Positions 23,286-35,200 of a stretch of DNA of 64,000 bases are shown piece after piece. Each line of letters starts with the position of its first letter. Within the stretch, counting starts at the first letter, position 1. The stretch is from Mobula hypostoma (taxonomy: Eukaryota), in the NCBI RefSeq assembly GCF_963921235.1, contig NC_086108.1, positions 102,116,001 through 102,180,000 of the forward strand. Direction: 5' to 3'. Both the position numbers and the translations under genes were made by a program. The notes under the pieces are model-generated. The model had not been told where the DNA came from, did not search any database, and saw nothing but the letters and a program-made list of their open reading frames with translations.

Positions 23286-26200
23286 CTAAATAAAGAAAAA
23301 AGGGATGAATAAAAGTTAACGAAAAATACAAAGAACAGCAGTTCAAACTTTATTACTATCACAGACCAGTGCATTAAAACATTCACTCAGTTTTTGTCTG
23401 CCTGAATTACAGTTTTTGGTTTATTTTCTATATTCTCTTTGGTACATTGGACATCTCCAGTAGAAGTTTGATGTCCTTTTGTATTGCAAAGTGCCATCGA
23501 TGTCCAATACAGTTCCTGAATCCATTTAAATAACAGCAGGATGTCAGTAAGTGCTGATAATGACACTTATCCTTAGGGAGAGGGCAAAGGAAGGGTAAGA
23601 AAGGCAGATTTCCTCACCTGAGGAACATTGGTGAACCAGATTGATTGGCATGCAACTCTAGCAATGATGCTTCTAGTTAAACTTGTTTGAGGTCGAAGGG
23701 AGTTCTGTGAGTGTAACCACAAGCACCTCACTCAGGGTGAAGCAACTGGCCCTGTGACACCAGTTCAGCTCCCTTCAGTGGCCATTTGTGCATAAATGTT
23801 TGGCGCATTCAAGAGGAAGTAGAGTGCCTGAGTAAGGTCTCCAAGCATTCTGGAGAAGGACAAGATGGGAAAATAACACATAAAATTTAGGATGAACTCA
23901 GCGTGTCAGGTAGCATTTATAGAGGGGAATAAACAGTTGATATTTCGGGTCAAGACCCTTTGTCAGGATTGTTTATTCATTAACTGTTTATTCCCCTCAA
24001 TAAATGCTACCTGCCTTACTGAGTTCCTTCAGCATTTTGTGTGTGTTGCTCAAGATTTCCAGCATCTGCAGAACCTCTTGCGTTTAAAAAGGGAGAGTAA
24101 ACTGCAATTACGCTTTTACATTGGGCTACTTTAAAGCCAGTGTACTTTGAGTTCTGAATTAAAGTTAGAAAGTTTAATGCATTGTGCCCTGTTTCTAGTA
24201 ATTCAGACAGAGTACAGATTAAATTACAAATATTAACAGTTTTAAAATAAATTAATCCAGAATTTGGCCCATCTGGTCCGTACTAAACTATGAATCTACA
24301 TGGTCCCATCAACCTGCACTCAGACCACAGTACTCCATGCCTCTCCCATTCACGTGCTTATCCCCAACTTTCTCTTAAATGTTGAAATCAAACCCACCAG
24401 CATACAAATAAGAGAAAATTATCTCCATAGTGAAGCCACTCCATGTATGGAATTGATCATACAAGGTAATTACTGGTGATAACTATTTAATGAGGGTGTT
24501 CAGAAATGAAACTTCCCATTATTTATACAAACAGTACATTAGAATATAGTTTGAATTACCATTTCCTTGATCAAAATCATCGCCTGGTGCTGTCCAGTTC
24601 AGTTGTATTTTATCTTCAACTATTGTTGCTTTAAGATCCATGATTTTATTAGGAGGAAACTTGTCAGGGGGAGTTCCTGAAGGAATCCGATTTACAGTAA
24701 ATGTGCCACCTGACTTGACTCTCTTGAAACTTCCAAAGTTTGTCTGAGGATTGTCATCAATGGGCGGTGGCCTGGGTGGATTTTGTTGAATGATGCCTTA
24801 AAGGAAAACAAAGAGAGTATTTCAGAAAAAAAAAGATTATTTTAATTAGTGGCTCTGAAAATACAATGCAGATTGATAATCCAAAGGCTACAGCCCAGTC
24901 TTCTCCCATTTTACACAGACCTGAGGAGGAAAGCTAAAGGGAGATATACAGGGCAGGTTTCTTTTTTACACCAAGAGTGGAAAGTATCTGGAATGCTCGA
25001 CCAGCGGAAGTGCTGGAAAAAGACATAATTGCAATGTTTTAGAGGTATTTAGATAGATAAGATAAGCTTTGTCACATGTACTGTACATCAAAACATACAG
25101 AAAAATGCGTCTTATGCATCAAATCAAATCAGTGAGGATTATGCTAAGCAGCCCACAAGTGTCACCACTCTTCAGCACCAAGATCGCATGGCCACCCTAA
25201 ACATATGTCTTTGGAATCTGTGAGGAAACCAGAGCATCTGGAGGAGACCCACATGGTTACAGGAAGAACATACAAACTCTTTACAGAGAACAGCAGGAAT
25301 TGAACCCAGAATTTACAACTGGCACTGTAATAGCGTTACACTAACCGCTACACTACCATGCCGCCCCAAATGAACTTACAGGAATGGAGAAATATGGATC
25401 ATGTGCTGGCAGAAAAGTTCAGTTTAATTTGGCATAATAATCAGCATAGACATTGTTGGGGAAAAGGACATTTACTGTGGACAGCATTCTATCTGGTGCG
25501 TCACTGTCTGAAATGGAGGGGCCACTGCTTAGGATCAGAAAAAGCTGCTGAAAGTTATAAACACAGCCAGCACCATCATGGGCACTAGCCTATTCAGCAT
25601 TCAGGACACCTTCAAAAGGCGTTGCCTCAAAAGGGTACAACCATCATTAAGAACCCCATCACCCAGGACGTCCTCATTGCTACCATCAAGGAGGAGGTAC
25701 AGGAGCCTGAAGACACACAGCCAACATTTCAGGAACATCTTCTTCCCTTCTGCAATCAGATTTCTGAATGCACAATAAATCCATGGGCTGGCTGGTGTAT
25801 AATGGTGTCAGCACCGGACTTTGAGGCAGATGGTCCTGAGTTCAAATCTGGCTGGGTCCCAACCTGGGCAGAAGCAAAATCTGTGCAGAAGAAAGGCCTG
25901 GCACTTTACTTCTGTATCTTGCCATGAAAACTCTATGGACATAGGACATCCATGGAGAACTACACTATCCATAGGGTCGCCATAAGTCAGCAATGAATCG
26001 ATGCCACTGAACAATGTATTAAATATATATATATGTTCAACATATTTAATATACAGTGGCATGCAAAAGTTTGGGCACCCCTGGTCAAAATTCTTGTTAC
26101 TGTGAATAGCAAAGCAAGTAAAAGATGAACTGATTTCCAAAAGGAATAAAGTTAAAGATTACACATTTCTTTAATATTTTAAGCAAGAAAACTTTTTTAT

Positions 26201-29200
26201 TTCCATCTTTTACAGTTTCAAAATAACAAAAAAGGAAAAGGGCCCGAAGCAAAAGTTTGGGCACCCTGCATGGCAGTACTTAGTAACACACCCATTGGCA
26301 AGTATCACAGCTTGTAAACGCTTTTTGTAGCCAGCTAAGAGTCTTTCAATTCTTGTTTGGGGGATTTTCACCCATTCTTCCTTGCAAAAGGCTTCCAGTT
26401 CTGTGAGATCCTTGGGCCGTCTTGCATGCACTGCTCTTTTGAGGTCTATCCACAGATACCCGATGATGTTTAGGTCAGGGGACTGTGAGGGCCATGGCAA
26501 AACCTTCAGCTTGTGCCTCTGGAGGTAGTCCATTGTGGATCTTGAGGTATGTTTAGGTTCATTATACAGTTGTACAAGCCATCCTCTTTTCATTTTTGAC
26601 TTTTCTTACAGATGGTGTGATGTATGCTTCCAGAATTTGCTGGTATTTAATTGAATTCATTCTTCCCTCTACCAGTAAATGTTCCCTGTGCCACTGGCTG
26701 CAACACAAGCCCAAAGCATGATTGATCCACCCCGTGCTTAACAGTTGGAGAGGGCTTCTTTTCATGAAATTCTGCACCCTTTTTTCTCCAAACATACCTT
26801 TGCTCATTGCGGCCAAAAGGTTCTATTTTAACTTCATCAGTCCACACGACTTGTTCCCAAAATGCATCAGGCTTCTTTAGATAAAAGCAACACACACAAA
26901 ATGCTGGTGGAACACAGCAGGCCAGGCAGCATCTATAGGAAGAGGAACAGTCGACGTTTCGGGCCGACGCCCTTCGTCAGAACTAACTGAAAGAAGAGGT
27001 AACAAGACATTTGAAAATGGGAAGGGGAGGAGGAGATCCAAAATGATAGGAGAAGACAGGAGGGGGAAGGACGGAGCCAAGAGCTGGGAAGTTGATTGGC
27101 AAAAGTAATACACAGCTGGAGAAGGGAGGGGATCATGGGACAGGAGGCTTAGGGAGAAAGAAAGAGGGAGGGGAGCACCAGAGGAAGATGGAGAGCAGGC
27201 GAGGAGTTATAGTGAAAGGAACAGAGGGAGAAAAAAGAGAGAGAGAAAGAAAGGGGAAAAAAAATCAAAAAATGATAAATAAATAAGGGATGGGGTATGA
27301 GGGGGAGGTGGGGCATTATCGGAAGTTAAAGAAGTCAATGTTCATGCCATCAGGTTGGAGGCTACCCAGACGGAATATAAGGTTTTGTTCCTCCAACCAG
27401 AGTGTGGCTTCATCTTGACAGTAGAGGAGGCCATGGATAGACATATCAGAATGGGAATGGGACGTTGAATTGCAACGTGTGGCCACTGGGAGATACTGCA
27501 TTCCCATTCTGATATGTCCACGTCCCATTCCCATTGTAATATGTCTATCCACGGCCTCCTCTACTGTCAAGATGAAACCTCACTCAGGTTGGAGGAACAA
27601 CACCTTATAATCTGTCTGGATAGCCTCCAACCTGATGGCATGAACATTGACTTCTCTAACTTCCGTTAATGCCACTCCTCCCTTTCTTACCCCATCCCTT
27701 ATTTATTTATTATTTTTCCCCCTTTCTTTCTCTCTCTGTCCCTCTCTCTATAACTCCTTGCCTGCTCTCCACCTTCCTCTGGTGCTCCCCTCCCCCTTTC
27801 TTTCTCCCAAGGCCTCCCATCCCATGATCCTCTCCCTTCTCCAGCCCTGTATCCCTTTTGCCAATCAACTTCCCAGCTCTTGGCTCCATCCCTCCCCCTC
27901 CTGTCTTCTTCTATCATTTTGGATCTCCTCCTCCCCTTCCCAATTTCAAATGTCTTGCTATCTCTTCTTTCAGTTAGTCTTGACGAAGGGTCTCGGCCCA
28001 AAAAGTCGACTGTACCTCTTCCTATAGATGTTGCCTGGCCTGCTGCATTCCACCAGCATTTTGTGTGTGTTGCTTTTATCTAAAGAAGCCTGATGCATTT
28101 TGGAAACAAGTCGTGTGGACTGATGAAGTTAAAATAGAACTTTTTGGCCGCAATGAGCAAAGGTATGTTTGGAGAAAAAGGGGTGCAGAATTTCATGAAA
28201 AGAAGCCCTCTCCAACTGTTAAGCACGGGGGTGGATCGATCATGCTTTGGGCCTGTGTTGCAGCCAGTGGCACAGGGAACATTTAGTGGTAAAGGGAAGA
28301 ATGAATTCAATTAAATACCAGCAAATTCTGGAAGCATACATCACACCATCTGTAAGAAAAGTCAAAAATGAAAAGAGGATAGCTTCTACAACAGGATAAA
28401 GAACCTAAACACACCTCAAAATCCACAATGGACTATCTCAAGAGGTGCAAGCTGAAGGTTTTGCCATGGCCCTCACAGCCCCCTGACCTAAACATCATCG
28501 AGAATCTGTGGATAGACCTCAAAAGAGCAGTGCATGCAAGACGGCCCAAGAGTCTCACAGAACTGGAAGCCTTTTGCAAGGAAGAATGGGCGAAAATCCC
28601 CCAAACAAGAATTGAAAGATTCTTAGCTGGCTACAAAAAGCGTTTACAAGCTGTGATACTTGCCAATGGGGGTGTTACTAAGTACTGCAATGCAGAGTGC
28701 ACAAACTTTTGCTTCAGGCCCTTTTCCTTTTTTGTTACTTTGAAACTGTAAAAGATGGAAATAAAAAAGTTTTCTTGCTTAAAATATTAAAGAAATGTGT
28801 CATCTTTAACTTTATTCCTTTTGGAAATCAGTTCAACTTTTACTCGCTTAGCTATACACAGTAACAGAAATTTTGACCAGGGGTGCCCAAACTTTTGTAT
28901 GCCACTGTATATAGTAACTATATATATTCAAATGTAATTTGTAGGTTTTATTTTTATGTATTGCAATATACTCCTGCCGCAAAACAATAAATTTCGCGAC
29001 ATTTGACAGTGATAATAAACCTGACTTGGATTTATTGATTTTTATTGTTTTATGTTCACAATTTCAATGTCAAACCTTCAAACTTTTCACATTGGGGATT
29101 GAAGACCTAATTTAGGTTAACACTGAAATGCAGAGCAGAGGAACTAGTGCACTCGATATATGATATGATTTGATGCCCACTTTTTTTTTCTGCTTTGGAG

Positions 29201-32200
29201 AGTTAGGAACACTATCTTGTAAACATATCACTCTTTCCTCGTCTTCATCCTGAACTCACTATCAACAGCACTATGATAATAACTTCACCAGAAAGATTAC
29301 AGTGCTTAATAATAGCAGCCCAGCAAAAAATTTTCAAAGAACATTAGCAATGGCTAGTGACTGGCCTTTTCAGCAATATGCACATTCTGTTAATGATATG
29401 AGAAAACAATTCTAATTTGTTAAATACTTCTGAAGATTCAGATGAAAAGAGGCCAAGGACTTTCAGAAGTTAAACTTATCTTGTGAAAGTCTTTGCATTT
29501 TACAGAGGAAAAGCTTTAAATGCCCATGGAATGTGGACAATCTCAAACTTACTGCGCATTTCCCACTCCAACAGTAATTGTTCGGCCTCTAGCAAACTGG
29601 GACAACCTTAGGAATGGAGCATTGCAAACGTTCCATCAAAAGTGTAATGCGAGATCAATGGAAGAAAAATTGGATAGTGGAGTGGTGGGTGGGGATGTCA
29701 TTCATCATAACAGAGGAGAGGCAAATGGAGGAGAACCTCAGAAATGGATTCTAACATTTTTGCTGACACTCATTCTTTGGGGCACTCTTCTGTTTTGTGT
29801 ATGTCTGCAAAGAACAAGAATTTCATGTTGTATATTGTATACAGTCTCTGATATTAAATGAAATTACTGAACTATTGAAATATGGGGATCAGGTATTTTA
29901 AGTCACAGCTGTCAAAAGCAGGGAAAAACAAGATGGGACTAGAACCAGGGGAGTTGAAACTTTGGGAGAGATGTTTGCAAAGCTTACAGAGGTATGGAGG
30001 GGGTGGGCTCATTTGAATTTAATCACAAACTTTTGGCTTTAAGAGCTGGATTTCAAGCAGTGAGAACAGTGGACAACAGAGTACCAGATGAGCTGAGTTT
30101 CAAAGAAGATGAATGATGGGAGGTTGTTCTGAGATCATTGGAGTTGTCAAGTGTAGGACTAGGAACGGCAAGGATAAGAGCTTCAATGGCACTTGGGCTG
30201 AGGAAATGGTGAAAGCAGGCAGTGTTGCACTTTTAAACAAACTACTTAGCATTTATCCATTAAGACATTACCATTTTGCACGTATCCTGGGATGTACATA
30301 GCATGTCCTTGCCGCCTGGCTGCAAATCTTGTGATCCCATCTTTTCCTTGAACAGACAATTTAAGGCCGTATCGTCCATTTCCACCATAATCAGTAAAGT
30401 ATCGAGAATAAACACCATCATTTCTAACCGCGTCAGGGTCTAAAGGTAAAAAGACAAATAAAGATTTAAATAGGCATGCATGGGAACTTATGAAATATTA
30501 ATTTCCCTGATAACATTCTCCTTTAATTGTAAAGAGTAATAAATTGCTATGTGTCAGACTAGTAATAATATCTACTGTCCTGGGCCCAGAATGCCTTTTT
30601 ACCAAGCTCAGTTCTCTAACACCTGCTGACTCTTCCAAAAGTCAGAGTTGTTTTTGAATAAGTTAAGCTCCCGGCAATATTCTACGCTCAGCTTCTTGTC
30701 GTAAACAAGAACCAGTCTTCTTTTCTTAATGTAAATTGCAAGCAACTAATCAATCTGAAGTTAAAACTACAAGTTTGCAAACAAAAAGCACCGTCTATAG
30801 AGCACAGGGCTGGCTGCTCAAGAGATAAGACCATAAGATAGCCCTTTATTTTTTTGATATTGCCCTGGAGCCCTTAGCAATTGCTATTCGTGACTCACCT
30901 AATATATTTGGCATTATTCATGGGAATGGAACGCATAAAGTATCACTATATGCAGATGACCTGTTACTATATATCTCTAACCCAGAGAAATCCATCCCTG
31001 CAGTAATAATACTATTTGCTCTGTTTTAAAACGCAAACAACAGGAATTCTGCAGATGCTGGAAATTCAAGCGACACACATCAAAGTTGCTGGTGAACGCA
31101 GCAGACCAGGCAGCATCTCTAGCGAGAGGTACAGTCGACGTTTCAGGCCGAGACCAACAGTCCTGACGAAGGGTCTCGGCCTGAAACGTCGACTGTACCT
31201 CTTCCTAGAATGCTGCCTGGTCTGCTGAGTTCACCAGCAACTTTGATGTGTGTCATTTGCTCTGTTTAGTAGTTTTTCTTGTTATAAATTGAACCTTAAT
31301 AAGAGTGTGCTTTTCCCATTAAATATGCAAGTTCCAATTTACAGACAATCAGCTTTTGGATTAGTTACTGATTATTTTACTTATTTAGGTGTTAAAATTA
31401 CGAAGGAGCACAAGGAACTATTTAAAGTTAATTTTTTACCCTTAATTGATCATGTTAAACAAATGTTTACTAAATGGTCCCCTTTGTCCTCATCTTTGAC
31501 TGGTCGAATTAATACTATTAAGATGATTATTTTACCTAAATTTTTGTATCTATTTCAGGTGGTTCCAATTTTTATACCTAAATCTTTTTTTGATATTATT
31601 GATTCTAAAATTTCTTCATATATATGGCAGAATAGAAATCCCAGGTTAAATAAGAAATATTTACAGAAATCAAAAAAAGAAGGCGGTTTGGCTTTGTTGA
31701 ATCTTAGATTTTACTACTGGGCAATCAACATTCGATATTTAACGTTTTGGACTCAAGAATTGGATGAAACTCAGTGTCCACGATGGATGAACCTCGAGCG
31801 TGACTCTGTACAGGGTTTTTTGCCGGCTTCTATTCTAGGAGCTGCACTTCCCTTTGCACTTACTAAATTGAATAAACAAATGATAAATCCAATAATTAAA
31901 CATACAAGATGAATATGGTTTCAAATTCGTAAATTCTTTGGATTGAACAAATTGATCCTGTCGAGTTCTATTATATCTAATTTTTTTCTTTCAACCATCT
32001 GGAATTGATCAAGCTTTTCTTTTATGGAAAACAAAGGAAATAACATGTTTTCGGGATTTATTCATGGATGACTGTTTTATGTCTTTTGAAAAGTTGTCTA
32101 ATAAATACAATTTGCCTAGATCACACTTTTTCAGATATTTACAGACTAGAATCTTTTTGAACACTACTTTATCTACCTTTTGGATATCGCATCAAACTGA

Positions 32201-35200
32201 AGTTACAGAAAAATTTTTAGCTTTAAACCCCTATCAGAAGTGTTTAATAGCAATTATTTAAGATCTGATTATGAAAATACGTCTAGATACACCTGATAAA
32301 ATTAAGTATGAGTGGGAAAGAGAACTTCAAATATCTTTATCTACAGAGAAACGGGAAAAAATTCTTCAATTAGTCAATACTTCCTCAATGTGTGCCAGAC
32401 ACGCCTTGAGACAACTTCAAAACGTAAACACGAGGAATTCTGCAGATGCTGGAAATTCAAGCAACACACATCAAAGTTGCTGGTGAACGCAGCAGGCCAG
32501 GCAGCATCTCTAGGAAGAGATACAGTCGACGTTTCGGGCCAAGACCCTTCGTCAGGACTAACTGAAGGAAGAATTAGTAAGAGATTTGAAAGTGGGAGGG
32601 GGCGGGGGAGATCCAAAATGATAGGAGAAGACAGGAGGGGGAGGGATGGAGCCAAGAGCTGGACAGTTGATTGGCAAAGGGGATATGAGAGGATCATGGG
32701 ACAGGAGACCCAGGGAGAAGGAAAAAGGGGAGGGGGGAAAACTCAGAGGATGGGCAAGGGGTATAATGAGGGGGACAGAGGGAGAAAAAGGAGAGAGAGA
32801 AAAAGATTGTGTGTACATAAATAAATAACAGATGGGGTACGAGGGGGAAGTGGGGCATTAGCGGAAGTACTTCGTACCCCACTCCATCCCTCCTACCCCA
32901 AGGGAGGAGTTGTAAAGTTTGATGGCCACAGGCAGGAAAAACAAGAAGAATGACAAAAATGGGTAACTAGAATCCACTCCACTGCCTTTGACTTCTGTGG
33001 TGGATGTCTTGATCATCTGCAACTCATTTCTTTGTCGTTTTAGCTTAAAGGAATAGTATGTATGTTTTTGAAATCCTTTGTGTTATAAAATCTTTGTAAT
33101 TTAGCAACCTTTTATTCAAATATCACTCCACTCTTCAAGAAGGGAGAGAGGCAGAAGAAATGACACTATAGGTCAGTTAGTCTGCCCTCAGCAGTTAGGA
33201 AGATGTTGGAGTCAATTATTAAGGATGAAGTCTCAAGGTACTTTGAGACATATGACAAAATAGGCTGTAGTCAATATGGATTCCTCAAGGGAAAATATTG
33301 CCTGACAAATCTGTTGGAATTTTTCAAAGAAATAACAAGGGTAGACAAAGGAGAATCTTTGTCCACATAGATTTTCAGAAGGCCTTTGACAAAGTGCCAT
33401 ACATGAGGCTGCTTAACAAGCTACGAGCCCATGATAGTACAGGAAAGATTCCAGCATGGATAAAGAAGTAGCTGATTGGCAGGAGGCAAAGAGTGGGAAT
33501 TAAAGAGACCCTTTTCTGGCTGGGACTGCTGGTGTTTCACAGGGGTCTGTGTTGGGACTGATTCTTTACATATAATATGACAATGATTTGAATGATGGAA
33601 CTGATGGCTTTGTTGCAAAGTTTGCAGACAATATGAAGATGGGGGGGTAGGTTGTTTTGAGGAAGTAGAGAGGCTACAGAAGGACTTAAGACAGATTAGA
33701 AGAATGGGCAAAGAAGTGGCAGGTGGAATACAGTGTCAGGAAGTGTATGATCATGCACTTTAGTAAAAGAAATTAAAGGGTTGCCTATTTTCTAAATGGA
33801 AAGAAAATACAAAAAGCTGAGGAAGTCCATATGCAGGATTCCCTGAAGGTTAATTTGCAGGTTGAGTCTGTGATGAGGAAGGCAAATACAATGTTAGCAT
33901 TCATTTCAAGGGGACTAGAATATAAAAGCAAGGAAGAATGCAATGTTGAGACTTTACAAAGCACTGGTGAAGTCTCACTTGGAGTATTGTGAGCAGTTTT
34001 GGGCCACTTATCTTAGAAAGGATATGCTGAAACTGCAGAGGGTTCAAAGGAGGTTCAGGAAAATGATTCCAGGATTGAATAGCTTGTCATGTGAAGACCG
34101 TTTGATGGCTCTGGGGCTGTATTCACAGAAATTCAGAAGAATGAGGGGTGACCTAATTGAAACCTATCGAATGGTGAAAGGTCTTTATAGAGTGGATGTG
34201 GAGAGGATGCTTCCGATGGTGGGAGAGTCTATGACCAAAGGACCCAGCCTCAGAATAGAAGAGCGTCCTTTTATACTGGAGATGAGGAAAAATTTCTTTA
34301 GCCAGAGAGTGATTTCACACCCAGAGGCTCGAGCATCGCTGACCAAAGATTTCCAAAGTTTTGTCAGCACATCCAGGTGAGCACTTGTGGAGATAACACA
34401 CTCGACTACTGTTACGCTCCCTTTCATAACGCTTATAAGGCTTTCCTCCGTCCAGCTTTTGGAAAATCAGATCACTCTTCAATCCTGCTTCTCCCATCGT
34501 ACAGGCAGAAACTGAAACAAGAGGTGGCCATAGTTACAACCGTCCACTGTTGGTCTGACCAACCGGCCTCCATGCTGCAGGACTGCTTCGATGACGTCAA
34601 CTGGAATGATTTCCATGATGAGGATGTCTCCAAGTTCACTGATGGAGTCACGTGCTTCATCCAGAAGTGCATTGACGATGTTGTCCCCCAGAGTCGGTCA
34701 GGGTCTTCCCGAACCAGAAAACCTTGATCAATAGATCCTTGCCAGCAGCACTTACAGCACGATATCGAGCTTACATCTCTGGAGATCAACTAGAGCTCAA
34801 GAAAATCAGCTATGATTTGTGCAAAACTATCAAGACTGCGAAACAGCAATATAGGGAGAAGATTGAGTCGAGATTCAGCAAAGCTATCAAGATTACAAAA
34901 CAACAATATAGGCTGAAGTTTGAGTGAAGATTCACAACGAATAGCACACAGACTGCAAAGCCAAACATTGTAGTGCTGCCAACATCACGGCCTCTCTCCC
35001 AGATGAGCTGAATCACTTTGACGCTTGGTTCGATATCGCTAACTCTGAGCCTCTGAGGAAAGCCACCGCTTCAACCTGCAACCTGGTCATCTCTGAGGCT
35101 GAGGTATGCAGATGTTTCCAACGAGTGGGAAGCACAAGACTGCGGGACTGGACAGCATCCCAGACCGAGTACCTAGGATGTGCACAGCATAACTGGCAGG

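Larger units (their letters stand above)
30841..32420 (+). mobile_element. L1-clade LINE ORF2 fragment
   Basis: [72 protein letters not shown]. Confidence 0.85.

Noticed and set aside
23286..23346. N-terminus of ORF-track ORF 22816..23346 as an independent gene start
   Set aside because: It is intron sequence (polypyrimidine tract) upstream of the exon 14 acceptor, with a non-ATG start
27976..28011. Hammerhead copy in the right arm of the palindrome
   Set aside because: Core mutated (UUGACGA; GAAA changed to AAAA), predicted inactive; likewise 57622-57657 (CUGACCA) and the truncated copy at ~20303-20330
32312..32882. Recurrent ORFs such as [23 protein letters not shown] / [21 protein letters not shown] (also near 27000, 42700, 48100, 57600, 59500)
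   Set aside because: Chance open frames in low-complexity non-coding pLTRs; similarity reflects repeat copies, not a protein family
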